Below, piece after piece: positions 1 to 10,200 of a stretch of 64,000 bases of DNA. The stretch is from Candidatus Woesearchaeota archaeon (GTDB lineage: Archaea; Nanobdellota; Nanobdellia; Woesearchaeales; JAGVZT01): the NCBI GenBank assembly GCA_043812815.1, contig JBDRLT010000037.1, forward strand, positions 16,965-80,964, written 5' to 3'. A model generated the notes under the pieces. The model had not been told where the DNA came from and did no database searches. It saw only the letters and a list, made by a program, of their open reading frames with translations. The translations under genes were made by a program, and so were the position numbers. How positions within the stretch are numbered: the stretch's first letter is position 1; each line of letters starts with the position of its first letter.

Positions 1-689
1 TTATCATCCTTATACTCTGTCCCAAAACCAACAATAGGCAGCAAAAAATTCTGGGAATGCCCCAGCTGCCTTGCGCACTCATTCCACACATAACTCTGAT
101 ATGCATTTACATACATAGTCAATATTTTCTTGGGCAGCAGCCTCAGAGCGCCTATATAGTCCTTTGGATGCTTCTTAAGGTAAGCGTTCATCTCTGCCTT
201 GTCTTCGCTCACAAGCTCAACAGCACCCTTGAAATTCCTACGCAAAATCTCCAAACCCACAGCATGATTGTTGCCCTTCATTCCAAATCTCTGCTTGCCA
301 AAAAAATTTACCACCCTGCTAATTGGCTTTGGCTTGTGATCAACATTCCTAACCACAATCTCAAACCTATTCCCAATCAAATCACCAAGAGAAACTGGAT
401 TATCTCCATATCCAACAACCTCAACAGCAAGGTCATTCAAAGCAATATTCCTAATCCTTCCCTTAACAGAACAAATCTGCTCGGTAATCGCTTTCCTATC
501 CTTATTCCCAGCATACCCAAAAAACCTCCTTGGCAAATTATAATATGCTGAAAGTTTCTGGATAGCCCCTTCAGTCGTATAATCCCTCTTCACCAACCTA
601 AAATAGCTAAAACGCCCTGTCTCGCCAAGAGCAACATTTGATATTTCAGCAACCCTGAAATCCTCGGCATTCTGCTTGATTTTATACAT
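1..689 (-). CDS. truD: tRNA pseudouridine synthase, TruD/Pus7 family (N-terminal part; continues past window start)
   Basis: Translating the minus strand from the ATG at 689 gives MYKIKQNAEDFRV...YAGNKDRKAITEQ...NFFGKQRFG. This carries the TruD hallmarks, a GxKD catalytic motif and the FFGxQRFG motif II. The listed plus-strand ORF 57..551 is its antisense. Confidence 0.6.
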   Translation of the reverse strand, partial: MYKIKQNAEDFRVAEISNVALGETGRFSYFRLVKRDYTTEGAIQKLSAYYNLPRRFFGYAGNKDRKAITEQICSVKGRIRNIALNDLAVEVVGYGDNPVSLGDLIGNRFEIVVRNVDHKPKPISRVVNFFGKQRFGMKGNNHAVGLEILRRNFKGAVELVSEDKAEMNAYLKKHPKDYIGALRLLPKKILTMYVNAYQSYVWNECARQLGHSQNFLLPIVGFGTEYKDD

Positions 690-735
690 ACCACCAAGAT
701 AATTCCGTAAGATATTAAAACATTCTTACTCTCCC

Positions 736-886
736 TCCCCACCAAGAGCCTGTAGCCTAGTCTGGGTAGGGCGACAGCCTCCTACGCTGATGACGAGTCT
801 CGGAGTAGTACTCTTAGGAGTATGAAGAGAGTTAGCTGAAGCAAAGAAAGCTGTAGGCCGGGGGTTCGAAGCCTTGCGAAAATCCC
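736..886 (+). tRNA. tRNA-Arg(CCT) with two putative introns (about 64 nt after the anticodon loop, about 12 nt in the T-loop)
   Basis: Acceptor stem GAGCCTG (736-742) pairs perfectly with CAGGCTC (879-885), discriminator G. D-arm GCCT/AGTCTGGGTA/GGGC. Anticodon stem ACAGC (764-768), loop CTCCTAC, and the 3' stem partner GCTGT found only at 840-844. T-arm GGGGG-TTCGAA[12 nt]T-CCCCC (850-878). Confidence 0.6.
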
Positions 887-911
887 CCCAGGCTCGTAAT
901 AGGGATAAACA

Positions 912-1925
912 ATGAAAAAATGGATGTATAGCATAGGGATGCTTCTAATTGGCATCCTCCTTTTTATACTGGCAATCAAATACATTGGACTTGATGCCAT
1001 AGTCAACCAGTTCAAAACCATCAGGCCAAGAGATCTGTTCTCCTATTTACTAATCTCAATATCCATTGTCACAGTATTGGTAATTAAATGGAAACTAATA
1101 CTTCACGCTCAGGGCTATGATATCCCTTTCCACAACCTCTTTATGTACAGGCAGATGGGCTATGCTGTTGGCTATATCATCCCCTCATTCTATATTGGTG
1201 GAGAAACCATGAGAGTATTTTTCCTGCGCAAGCATAAGGTTCCGCTAACGCAAGCAGTATCCTCTGTCATAATTGACAGGGCGGTTGAGCTCCCCCTGAA
1301 TTTTCTAATGGCCTGTGTGATGTTTTTCCTGGTAGTCCACACACTCACCCTCCCCAAGATTGTTTTGCTGTTTTTCGCTGCAGCACTCGTCTTAATCCTC
1401 ATAATCGGCACTCTTTTTTACTACAAGATTTTCCAAAAAGAGTATTTCCTCACACCCTTATTTGATCTGCTAGGATTAAACAAATACCCTGGGCTAAAAC
1501 AACTTAGACAAAAAATCCGAGAAGTCGAAACCAGCCTTATCAGATTCTTCAACAAAAAAATAAAATTCTTCATGCTCTCCATAGCAATCTCAGCCATACT
1601 TTGGGGTTTGATGATCCTGGAGTTTCACACAGCACTTTCGCTAGTCGGGTTCAAGGCAACACTTGCCCAAATCTACCTTGTTGTTACCATGACCGGCTTT
1701 GCCATGCTCTTTCCCATCCCTGCGTCAATTGGCATCCTCGAGTTGAGCCAGATAGGGATAGCTATCCTTGTGGGAATCCCTGTTCAGGTTGCAGTAGCGC
1801 TCTCCATCCTTGTCAGGACCCGCGATTTCATGTGGATATTCCTAGGAATACTTTTCTATCTATACCATGGTACGAGCTATGTCAAAGCTTTGCTCACCGA
1901 TCTCTCAAATGGAAAAAGCAATTGA
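912..1925 (+). CDS. UPF0104 / flippase-like (LPG-synthase-TM family) integral membrane protein
   Basis: 337-aa polytopic membrane protein. The N-terminus MKKWMYSIGMLLIGILLFILAIKYIGLDAIVNQF is typical of the UPF0104 family. Hydrophobic throughout. Confidence 0.45.
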   Translation: MKKWMYSIGMLLIGILLFILAIKYIGLDAIVNQFKTIRPRDLFSYLLISISIVTVLVIKWKLILHAQGYDIPFHNLFMYRQMGYAVGYIIPSFYIGGETMRVFFLRKHKVPLTQAVSSVIIDRAVELPLNFLMACVMFFLVVHTLTLPKIVLLFFAAALVLILIIGTLFYYKIFQKEYFLTPLFDLLGLNKYPGLKQLRQKIREVETSLIRFFNKKIKFFMLSIAISAILWGLMILEFHTALSLVGFKATLAQIYLVVTMTGFAMLFPIPASIGILELSQIGIAILVGIPVQVAVALSILVRTRDFMWIFLGILFYLYHGTSYVKALLTDLSNGKSN

Positions 1926-3018
1926 GATTGCCACCCAAAACCTAAGGCAATGTTACTCTAATCAGGGGATTGTTGCAGGACTGCACCACTTCAATGACCT
2001 TTGGGCAAGAGATGCCCTCTTTGCATCATGGGGTGCTCTGGCGCTTGGAGACACAGATATTGTCAGAAAAACACTCATCACTCTGTTGAATCATCAAAAC
2101 AGAGATGGGCAAATCCCCATGCGGATTGGAGACTACTTCTTTCTGCCAAAACTTATTGGTCTGCGACAAGCGACCCGCGCCAGGTATAAAGATGACAAGG
2201 CAAACTCATATCCGACAGATCAAAACTCCTTGCTTATCATCACAGCAAGAAAATACCTCGAACAAACCCACAACCTCCAAGTTCTAGAACACGCCTATCC
2301 TCAGCTGCAAAAAGCAATTGAGTGGAATATTACCCAAGCCCCCCACCAACTTATTGAGGAGAATCCATATGCTTCCTGGACTGACTCGGTTAAGAAGAGA
2401 GGCAAGGTTCTCTACACCAACACACTCCACTGCCAAGCTATCAAGGATATGGCCTTTATTGCACAAAAAGTTGGCCAAGACCGCACTCACTTCCTCAAGC
2501 TGCACCGCCAAGTCAAAACACTGCTCAACCAACAGTTTTGGAATGGCAAATATTATAACGATTGGATAACTAATGCGCCAAATTCCACCTTCTCAACAGA
2601 TGGTAATCTGCTGGCAATCCTCTTCAATATCGCTTCGCACGCACAGGCAGCCTCAATACAAAGATGCATCTCACACTTCAAAATCAACACGATCCCCTCA
2701 ATAACCAACTATCCGCAATACAGATTCTGGGAAACCACCATCATTAACAGAATAGTTGGTTTGGGTGCTTACCACAACGGCCTAAGCTGGCTCTGGCTAG
2801 GAGCTCTTGATGTTATCGCCAAGAAAAAAATGGGCAAGAGAAAACAAGCCCAGGCCTTGTTTCAAAAGATAGCGAGAATAATCACCAAGCACAAGGCAGT
2901 GTATGAAGTGTATGACAGTCAAGGCAATCCCTTCAAATCCTTATACCGCTCAGAACATCCCTTTGCCTGGAATGCAGCACTCTTTCTCTCCGCAGCTAAG
3001 GCAATATCCTATATTTAG
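1867..3018 (+). CDS. (alpha/alpha)6-barrel glycoside hydrolase, amylo-1,6-glucosidase/GDE_C-like (alternative start at 1909)
   Basis: Motifs GIVAGLHHFNDLWARDALFASWGALALGD and YASWTDS, with W/Y-rich catalytic-barrel segments, about 370 aa. The 5' end overlaps the upstream gene, so Met15 at 1909 is plausible. Confidence 0.45.
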   Translation: MVRAMSKLCSPISQMEKAIEIATQNLRQCYSNQGIVAGLHHFNDLWARDALFASWGALALGDTDIVRKTLITLLNHQNRDGQIPMRIGDYFFLPKLIGLRQATRARYKDDKANSYPTDQNSLLIITARKYLEQTHNLQVLEHAYPQLQKAIEWNITQAPHQLIEENPYASWTDSVKKRGKVLYTNTLHCQAIKDMAFIAQKVGQDRTHFLKLHRQVKTLLNQQFWNGKYYNDWITNAPNSTFSTDGNLLAILFNIASHAQAASIQRCISHFKINTIPSITNYPQYRFWETTIINRIVGLGAYHNGLSWLWLGALDVIAKKKMGKRKQAQALFQKIARIITKHKAVYEVYDSQGNPFKSLYRSEHPFAWNAALFLSAAKAISYI

Positions 3019-3928
3019 TGTTGATCAAGCCCCACTCTATGAAAAGCAACAGTATGGCAAAAAGCAGCAACGGCAGCTGCAGATTCACAGAAATCTTCTG
3101 CTCTGACGCCAGAGCAATCTCCCTAAAAGACTGGCTCAGCTGATCCTCGCCAACAGCCAGATAAAATTTGCCGCCTGTGTTCTGAGCAATACTAATCAAA
3201 GTGTCCGCATCAAGCTTTGAGACAACACCAATCCGCGAAAACTCGCCCCCTTCTGCAGTAGCCATACCAATAGTAAAAACAGTAACCATATTGTTGTTTG
3301 CGTACTCTGCCCCAAAATCAGGATCAGTCCCCACATTGCTCTGGCCGTCAGTAAGCAGCACCACTGCCCTGGACTTTTCTGAAGACAGAAGCATATTAGT
3401 GGCAGTCACCACTGCCTCCCCCAAATCAGTGCCGCCAACTGGCTTAACCTCTATCTCACTTATCCTATCCTTAACTATGCCCCTATCATTGGTAACCTGC
3501 TGTTCCACAAAACTGGTTCCTGCAAAGCTCACCACCCCCACAGCTGTCTGCTGAGGGAGCAAACCCACGAACTCATTGGCAGCGATCTTGGCAGCCTCAA
3601 TCCTGCTCGGTTTAAAATCATTAGCCAGCATACTGCTTGACGCATCAATAGCCACCACAAAATCAAACGAAGAAGCTTTTCCGCTATACCACAAAATTGT
3701 GCCTGCAGCTGAAAATATCAGCAAAATCATGGCGCACAATCTGATGATAAGCAGAATCACATTTTTGTTCAGAACCTGGCCCCCAGTTGCCTTCTCGATA
3801 ATCTCAAAATTGGCAAATTTAAGAGCCCTCCTCCTAATATGCTTCAGGATGAGGAAGTGCATCGCAATAAAAAAAGGGATACTCACCAGGAAAGTGAGGT
3901 AAAGCGGCCTCAAGAATGTGAGCATCAT
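2996..3928 (-). CDS. von Willebrand factor A domain membrane protein (BatA-like), third gene of the MoxR operon
   Basis: N-terminal TM helix, MIDAS motif DASSSM plus TDG and LTDG, and a C-terminal TM helix. Start overlaps the DUF58 stop (ATGA). Confidence 0.7.
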   Translation of the reverse strand: MMLTFLRPLYLTFLVSIPFFIAMHFLILKHIRRRALKFANFEIIEKATGGQVLNKNVILLIIRLCAMILLIFSAAGTILWYSGKASSFDFVVAIDASSSMLANDFKPSRIEAAKIAANEFVGLLPQQTAVGVVSFAGTSFVEQQVTNDRGIVKDRISEIEVKPVGGTDLGEAVVTATNMLLSSEKSRAVVLLTDGQSNVGTDPDFGAEYANNNMVTVFTIGMATAEGGEFSRIGVVSKLDADTLISIAQNTGGKFYLAVGEDQLSQSFREIALASEQKISVNLQLPLLLFAILLLFIEWGLINTKYRILP

Positions 3929-4815
3929 TTCAAATGCCTCCTCCTGAAAAGCTTAAGGATTGGATAAATAAAGTTGTCCTCTGTATTAAGCATAATAAAA
4001 TCAGCTCCGATCTTTGTGAACACAGCCTTCACCTGCTCAACCTGCTGCTTTGCCATCACATCATACTTTCCTTTTATTAACTTTGTGTCAATAAGAATGT
4101 CATGCTCTGAATATGGATCAGCAACCACATACTGGCCAGCATCTCCCGGCAGCAAATTATCCCTTGGATCGCGAATCATAATACCTATTATCTCATACTT
4201 GCTGGCCATGATCTGGAAGTATCGCTCCCACTCTGGCTTTAGTCCAATAAAATCAGAAACAATAAAAACCACGCTCCCCCTTTTAAGAAAGTTGGTGGTG
4301 TACCTCATTGCGTAGTTAAAATCAAAATTCCCGCCGTAGTGCTCAGGGTTACTCAGGCTCCTGGTAATCCTGTAAAACTGGTTCATCCCCACATTCCCTG
4401 GGATAAGCTTGGCAATCTTGTCAGTAAACATACACAACCCTGCGCTATCCCCTGTCTCAATAATCCCATAAGCCAAAGTGGCAACAAGCTCGGCAGCATA
4501 CTCACACTTTAGCTTGTCAGTTGAAGAAAATATCATACTGTCACTAACGTCCAGCATGAAAAAGGTGTTGATATTCCGCTCCTCAGTCAGCACGCGGATC
4601 AGCAGCTGATGAGTCCTCAGCGATGCTTTCCAGTCAATGTCCTTTGCATCATCCTCTGAAGTATACTGCCGGAAACCGTCAAACTCAAGCCCTCTGCCTT
4701 TGAAAACACTTCTGAAAGTGGAGGTCAAAGTCTCCTCGCTATACCCCCTTCTAAGTCCAATCTCTAGCTTCTTGATAAGCGGCCTTAGGTCAAGCCGCAG
4801 CTCTCTCACTTTCAT
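3925..4815 (-). CDS. DUF58 domain protein (MoxR-associated)
   Basis: DUF58 signature GLEFDGFRQYTSEDDAKDIDWKASLRTHQLLIR. Confidence 0.75.
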   Translation of the reverse strand: MKVRELRLDLRPLIKKLEIGLRRGYSEETLTSTFRSVFKGRGLEFDGFRQYTSEDDAKDIDWKASLRTHQLLIRVLTEERNINTFFMLDVSDSMIFSSTDKLKCEYAAELVATLAYGIIETGDSAGLCMFTDKIAKLIPGNVGMNQFYRITRSLSNPEHYGGNFDFNYAMRYTTNFLKRGSVVFIVSDFIGLKPEWERYFQIMASKYEIIGIMIRDPRDNLLPGDAGQYVVADPYSEHDILIDTKLIKGKYDVMAKQQVEQVKAVFTKIGADFIMLNTEDNFIYPILKLFRRRHLK

Positions 4816-5823
4816 TTATGGCACCGGGACCTTAGCAAGAATCTCATCAATAACCTGATCAGAGGTAATCCCTTCTGCCTGCCCCTCATAATTAAGCATT
4901 ATCCTGTGCCTAAGCACATCATGCGCAACCTGCTTAATATCCTGTGGCGTAACAAAATCCCTGGCATTCATAAAAGCCATAGCCTTGGCAGCAATATACA
5001 GTCCAATTGACGCCCTAGGTGAAGCGCCAAACTCGATATACTGACTCATCTTCAATTTGTACTTTTTTGGATACCTCGTCGAGTCAATCAGCATCACAAT
5101 ATACTTTTCAAGCTTTGCATCCAGATAAATTTTCTGGACATCCTTTTGCATATCCATTATCTCCTGGGGGCTGATCACCTTTTTCAAGCTGAATTCACTA
5201 AACTTCTTCACCTGGATATTGTTTGTGAGAATTTTCATCTCATCATCCATTGAAGGGTATTTCATCAGAACCTTGAACAGGAATCTGTCAACCTGTGCCT
5301 CAGGCAGCGGATATGTTCCCTGCTGTTCCACAGGGTTTTGGGTGGCAAGCACAAAAAAAGGAGGACTAATATCAAAAGTCTCTTTGCCAATAGTTGCCTG
5401 TCTCTCTTGCATTGCTTCAAGCAATGCTGACTGCACCTTCGGCGGAGCCCTGTTAATTTCATCAGCAAGCACAAAATTTGAGAAAATAGGCCCTTTGATT
5501 GTATAAAATCCCTCCTCGCGCTGATAAGAGGTTAAACCCACAATATCGCTTGGCAACAAATCAGGAGTAAACTGAATTCTTGAAAACTTGCACCCTGTGA
5601 TCGTTGCCAAAGTGTTCACCAGCAAGGTCTTGCCAATACCAGGAACACCCTCCACCAGAACATGACCATTGCAAATAATTGCCCGTAAAAAACCATCCAC
5701 TATCTGTGTCTGGCCAATAACCACATTAGAAATCTCATTCTTTATTGCTGTAATATGCTCTCTATACTCATTGAGCTTCTGCTCAAACCCCTTTTTTTCA
5801 AGCTCCTGCATACCTCTAGCCAT
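4816..5823 (-). CDS. moxR: MoxR-family AAA+ ATPase
   Basis: Walker A GVPGIGKT, Walker B FVLADEINRAPPKVQSALLEAMQE, sensor region FFVLATQNPVEQQGTYPLPEAQVDRF. Confidence 0.85.
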   Translation of the reverse strand: MARGMQELEKKGFEQKLNEYREHITAIKNEISNVVIGQTQIVDGFLRAIICNGHVLVEGVPGIGKTLLVNTLATITGCKFSRIQFTPDLLPSDIVGLTSYQREEGFYTIKGPIFSNFVLADEINRAPPKVQSALLEAMQERQATIGKETFDISPPFFVLATQNPVEQQGTYPLPEAQVDRFLFKVLMKYPSMDDEMKILTNNIQVKKFSEFSLKKVISPQEIMDMQKDVQKIYLDAKLEKYIVMLIDSTRYPKKYKLKMSQYIEFGASPRASIGLYIAAKAMAFMNARDFVTPQDIKQVAHDVLRHRIMLNYEGQAEGITSDQVIDEILAKVPVP

Positions 5824-5922
5824 GGCTGCACTAATATATATATCTTATTATTTTCAACTCGCCACCTCCCTGTGTATGCTAGCGATAAATTTATATATCA
5901 AACCAGCCAAAATACACTTAGA

Positions 5923-7233
5923 ATGCTCTCTCTCAAAAGTATAGCTAAGCGGATCAGGCCAAAGAAGACCAAGCCAGCAGTTGATCACAACAAGATTTGT
6001 CTTGAGAAAATCAACAGTCTGAAATCACAGCTCACAACAAAACCTAAAAGTTATGCAAGATTTTTTAGAATATTTCGCAATTACTTCGGAAAAACTTACA
6101 AGATAAAATACCAATTCTCATATGAAGAGCTCATCGAAGAAATCAAGCGCAGGCATATATCAGCTGAGCTGAAACTGCAGATTGAGGAATTCATTCGAGA
6201 GCTTACATCTATGGAGTTTGGCAATCAGGAAGTGCAACCATCTCTTGAAAACTATATCAGCAAATTTGAGCAGATTGTAACCCAGATCTCTGAGCAGAAG
6301 CATCACACGCAAATCAAAGCAAGCCCTCTGGCAAAATTTATCTCCCATTTCCTAAAGCTGTTCAGCTTTCCAGAGCTACACCCTTTACCCAAAATAACGC
6401 TCCCCAAAATAGTAATGCCGAAACTGGAGCTTCCAAAACCCCAAATAAATATCACGAGTGTCTTTGAAAAATCGAGAGAGCTGGTAGCAAAAATCTTGCC
6501 TGAAAAATCAAAACATCACAAACTCGATGAAATATACTCTCACTTCACCCAAGGCTACCAGGCAGTAGAGAAAAAGGAGCTAAAAACAGCTATGCACATC
6601 CTTGGCAAGATCCACACCAAATGCAACACACTAAATGCTGAAGAGAAAAAGCTTTTCAAAGCTGAAATCCAGGAGTTGGAAAACGAGATCAAATCACTTG
6701 AGAAAGAGCAATATCCTCCAAGGTCAAATATCCCAGCAAAAGAGAGTGCTCCTGAAGAAACAGAGCTTACTTTGCCAGAGCCTCCTTATCCAGACATGTA
6801 TAAAGTGGAGCCGAAGGTACAGCTTGAAAAGCAGGAGCCATTAGCAAGTGTTCCAGAAACAGGAACGCAACAAACATCCCAGCTGGTGCTACTCCCTGCA
6901 CCGCAAAGTCTCACTCCTCTTACCTTGGAGATTTGTTCCCCAGTGCAAAATCCCGAACCCATTATTTCCCCAGTGCAGGAACAAGAAATCACCGCGCCAG
7001 GGGGAATCCCCCAATCCATTAATACTGAGGAAGAACCAACACTGGACCACCTAATGCTCTCAATAGAAGAGGCAAAGACAATGCTGAGCCATCGCAACTA
7101 TGCCCTGGCCAAACAAAAATACCACCAAGCAGTGCAGCTCAAAGACAAACTTAAACTGCAGGGAGACCAAAGCAGACGCATCAAGTACGCTCTGATGTCA
7201 ATTAGTGTTGACCTAAAACTGGCAGCCCTTTAG
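5923..7233 (+). CDS. hypothetical protein, coiled-coil and Pro/Lys/Glu-rich (ORF listed from 5755; a start at Met 5923 avoids the overlap with moxR)
   Basis: Long ORF with repeats such as LPKITLPKIVMPKLELPKPQ and a PEP-rich low-complexity middle. No recognisable domain. Confidence 0.35.
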   Translation: MLSLKSIAKRIRPKKTKPAVDHNKICLEKINSLKSQLTTKPKSYARFFRIFRNYFGKTYKIKYQFSYEELIEEIKRRHISAELKLQIEEFIRELTSMEFGNQEVQPSLENYISKFEQIVTQISEQKHHTQIKASPLAKFISHFLKLFSFPELHPLPKITLPKIVMPKLELPKPQINITSVFEKSRELVAKILPEKSKHHKLDEIYSHFTQGYQAVEKKELKTAMHILGKIHTKCNTLNAEEKKLFKAEIQELENEIKSLEKEQYPPRSNIPAKESAPEETELTLPEPPYPDMYKVEPKVQLEKQEPLASVPETGTQQTSQLVLLPAPQSLTPLTLEICSPVQNPEPIISPVQEQEITAPGGIPQSINTEEEPTLDHLMLSIEEAKTMLSHRNYALAKQKYHQAVQLKDKLKLQGDQSRRIKYALMSISVDLKLAAL

Positions 7234-10200
7234 CTGCGCGCTTTTCTTACCGCTCTTGTTTTCCTGTGCCTCTCCCACAACAGACTTATAGTCAGCAGGC
7301 TAAACACAACCACAATGATTATAACATAGCTTTTTACCCTCTTTAGGGGTGTAAACAAAAATATTTTATCATAAAGCTTCTGGATCTCAGAGGGCTTCTC
7401 TTTCATAGTTTCTTTAGAGGTTAGCAAATATCTGCAATATCTAATCGTATTTTCAATCAGCTCATTAGCCTTTATCAGGCTCCCATTGGCGATCTCAGCC
7501 TGGGCTTCCTCCAGCAGTTCTGTAAGCTCCAGGCACTCAGGATTGGCCAAGAGCAAATCTCTTGTAAACGTAATCTTTGTATTCAGCTGTGTTTCGTTAA
7601 GCTCGCCCTTCTCAATAGTATACAAAATCATTTTTGCAGTGTCAGAAAATTCAGGATCTGTAACATCCGCGCGAATAATTATCTCAAAATTGCCCGTCAG
7701 GTCAGGCGACTGAATTATCAGGCTTGTTTTCTGCTCCTCATCAACAGCCAAGCTTTCAAAGAAACTCTTTACAAACTCAAAAGTTATTCCAGAATGGTTA
7801 GACTCAGCACTCAGAGTTATCCCACTAAGTAATTCCTCACCTGTATTCCTGATTTTGATAGTGCTCACTATAGTGCCATTCTTGTAAGTGGTAAGCTTGT
7901 CAGGCGCAACAATATCCAGGTTGACAATCTTTTCCACCTCAGTCTCCTGCTGTTTTATCCTGGTTTCGATAATCACGCTAGTGCTGCTCCCCCCAGAGCT
8001 GCCCGGGGAAGTGCCGCTGTCCTCCAAAACAGTCAGCTTAATCCGATTGCTTGTCCCTGAAGCATTGTTTACGTCAGTAGCAGTAAACATCACCCGGTCA
8101 ATTCCATCACTCTGCGGATACAAGCCCACAAAATGGGTGAGATTCTGGATGGTTACATCTACATAGACTTCATAGCTCACAGAGTATGAGAGGGCATCTC
8201 CATCAGGGTCATAAAAGAAATCATCCAGATCAATCCAGCCGCCTTCAATAACATCCTGGTTCTCAGACCAGGTCTTATTGGCAACAACATAGCTTATCGC
8301 GACACTCTGCACAACAGGTGTGGCACTCCCATCATCAGTAGACAAATTGAGCCTGTACTGGATGTATCTGTAGTCTGTTGAGGTGATACTCCCTCTGCTA
8401 ATAGCACTGGCATTGAAAGCAGCGCTCCATGCTGTCCATGTGTTATTGTCAGTTGAAGTCCTGGTTTGCACAAGCATCTGCGTATTATTTGGCAAATCCG
8501 CATCCCAACTTATGTACGTATATTCAAAATAAGAATTCATATCCATATCAATCACAGATGAGTTGAAATACCCGCTCGCATAGTACTCAGAGCCATTGTA
8601 GCTTAATTGGACTCTGGCGCCGCTTGAATTTGTATAATAATTCCCAGAGCCGAAACCGCTGTATTCATCATGAATCTTCTTCCCGTAGACAGGAGCCCTA
8701 TTGATATTGTTCACAGTCAGATTCCAGTAAAACCTGTCGCTGCTATTCCCATCACTCACAACAAGAGTGATATTATGCTCGCCAGCAGTGCTGAAGTTAA
8801 GACTGTAATTCCAATATTCTGTACTCGCAACAGCATTCCCGTCTAAATACCATGCATAAATAAGGCTCAAATTGTCTGGGTCATAACTCGAATGGTTGAA
8901 AAACACACTCATATTCTCTGAACCATTTATCTCAGTTGCGTTCCCAATTAGGCTTCGGTTGATCCATGCAAACACCGTCTGATTTGCAACCGGTCCACCA
9001 TAAGGATAGATCATAGCAATACTTGGCGGATCATTCACACTCTGCACACTGAAATTGATCACAACCCATGTGGTGTTAATACCATCACTCACCGAGATAT
9101 TCACAGAGTAATTCCCAATATCTGAGGTAAGCGGCGTGAAACTGATAAGAGCGCTCTCTCTCCCCACCTTGGTAATATTAAACAGAGAGCTTCCATTAAT
9201 GAAAGTGCTGTTAAAGCTAAGATCATCACCATCCTCATCTGTGGCATTTACATAAAACTCAGCATTGGTATGTTCAAATATCCTGTTCCAAATACTATAA
9301 TTCTCCAAAGCAGGATAAAAGTAGGGTGCATCGTTCATATCACTAATGTTCAATAAGAAAGTGATCGTAGCCCAGCCCCCATCACCATCAGTTGCATTTA
9401 TGGTAATATTATGCAACCCTATATGGGTTTGGTTTGGAATAAAACTGATCAATCCAGAAGTGGACATATTAACAAAACTCGTATTTGCATAAAAGCTTAG
9501 GCCATCACCATCTGGATCGCTTCCATTCACCTGCAGCACAAAAAGCATATCTTCAGTGGCATTGTGCAGCCCTAGCCATTCAATAGTAGGGGCCCGATTA
9601 TAGGTTACTACAAACAGCACAACCTGCCAGTCATCCTGCGGCACTGGTGCAATATCCCACACACTGATATTCACGCTGTGATTCCCCAAGTCAGACTCAT
9701 TTGCTGTGAAACTGATAGATCCAGATGAATTCATTGCGAAATGCGGGAAATCTGTTGAAGCATTATGCGTGAAATTCAAAAGATCTCCGTCAGGATCGCT
9801 GGCATTGACCTGCAAATTGAACAGCTTCCCTACTTTAACAATAATTGGAGACGGCAATGTGTCCAACTCTGGTGGGAAGCTTATATCTGTTATATTGAGA
9901 TTAAAATACGAATAATTCACAGCACCATGCTCGTCAACAGTCTTCAACCTGATCGAATGGTTGCCAACATCCTGCTGCCTGGGGATAAAACTGAACTGGG
10001 CAGCAGTCTCATTTATCTGTGAGGCACTCCCCAGCCTCGAATAATTCGTCTGAAAAGTGAGATTGTCATTATCCATATCAAAACCTTGCACAACAAGAGT
10101 AAACAAAGCACCCTCCATTGCAGCTTGATCAGGGATGGAGTAAGCACCAGGCGGGGTGTTGTTAAATATCTGCAAATGGAAAACTGTAAACACATTGTTT

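Noticed and set aside
57-551. Plus-strand ORF of 164 aa at the window start
   Set aside because: The translation is low-complexity and not protein-like. The opposite strand encodes a clear TruD pseudouridine synthase (GNKD and FFGKQRFG motifs), so this ORF is its antisense shadow.
776-780. Intron-less reading of tRNA-Arg using GCTGA (776-780) as the 3' anticodon stem
   Set aside because: It gives a mismatched stem (A-A) and leaves no T-arm in the correct position. The GCTGT at 840-844 followed directly by the T-arm and acceptor 3' strand is far more consistent.
1601-1945. 114-aa Cys-rich ORF overlapping the end of the UPF0104 membrane-protein gene
   Set aside because: It lies entirely within a better-supported gene in another frame, and its composition is the Pro/Cys-rich shadow typical of an alternative frame.
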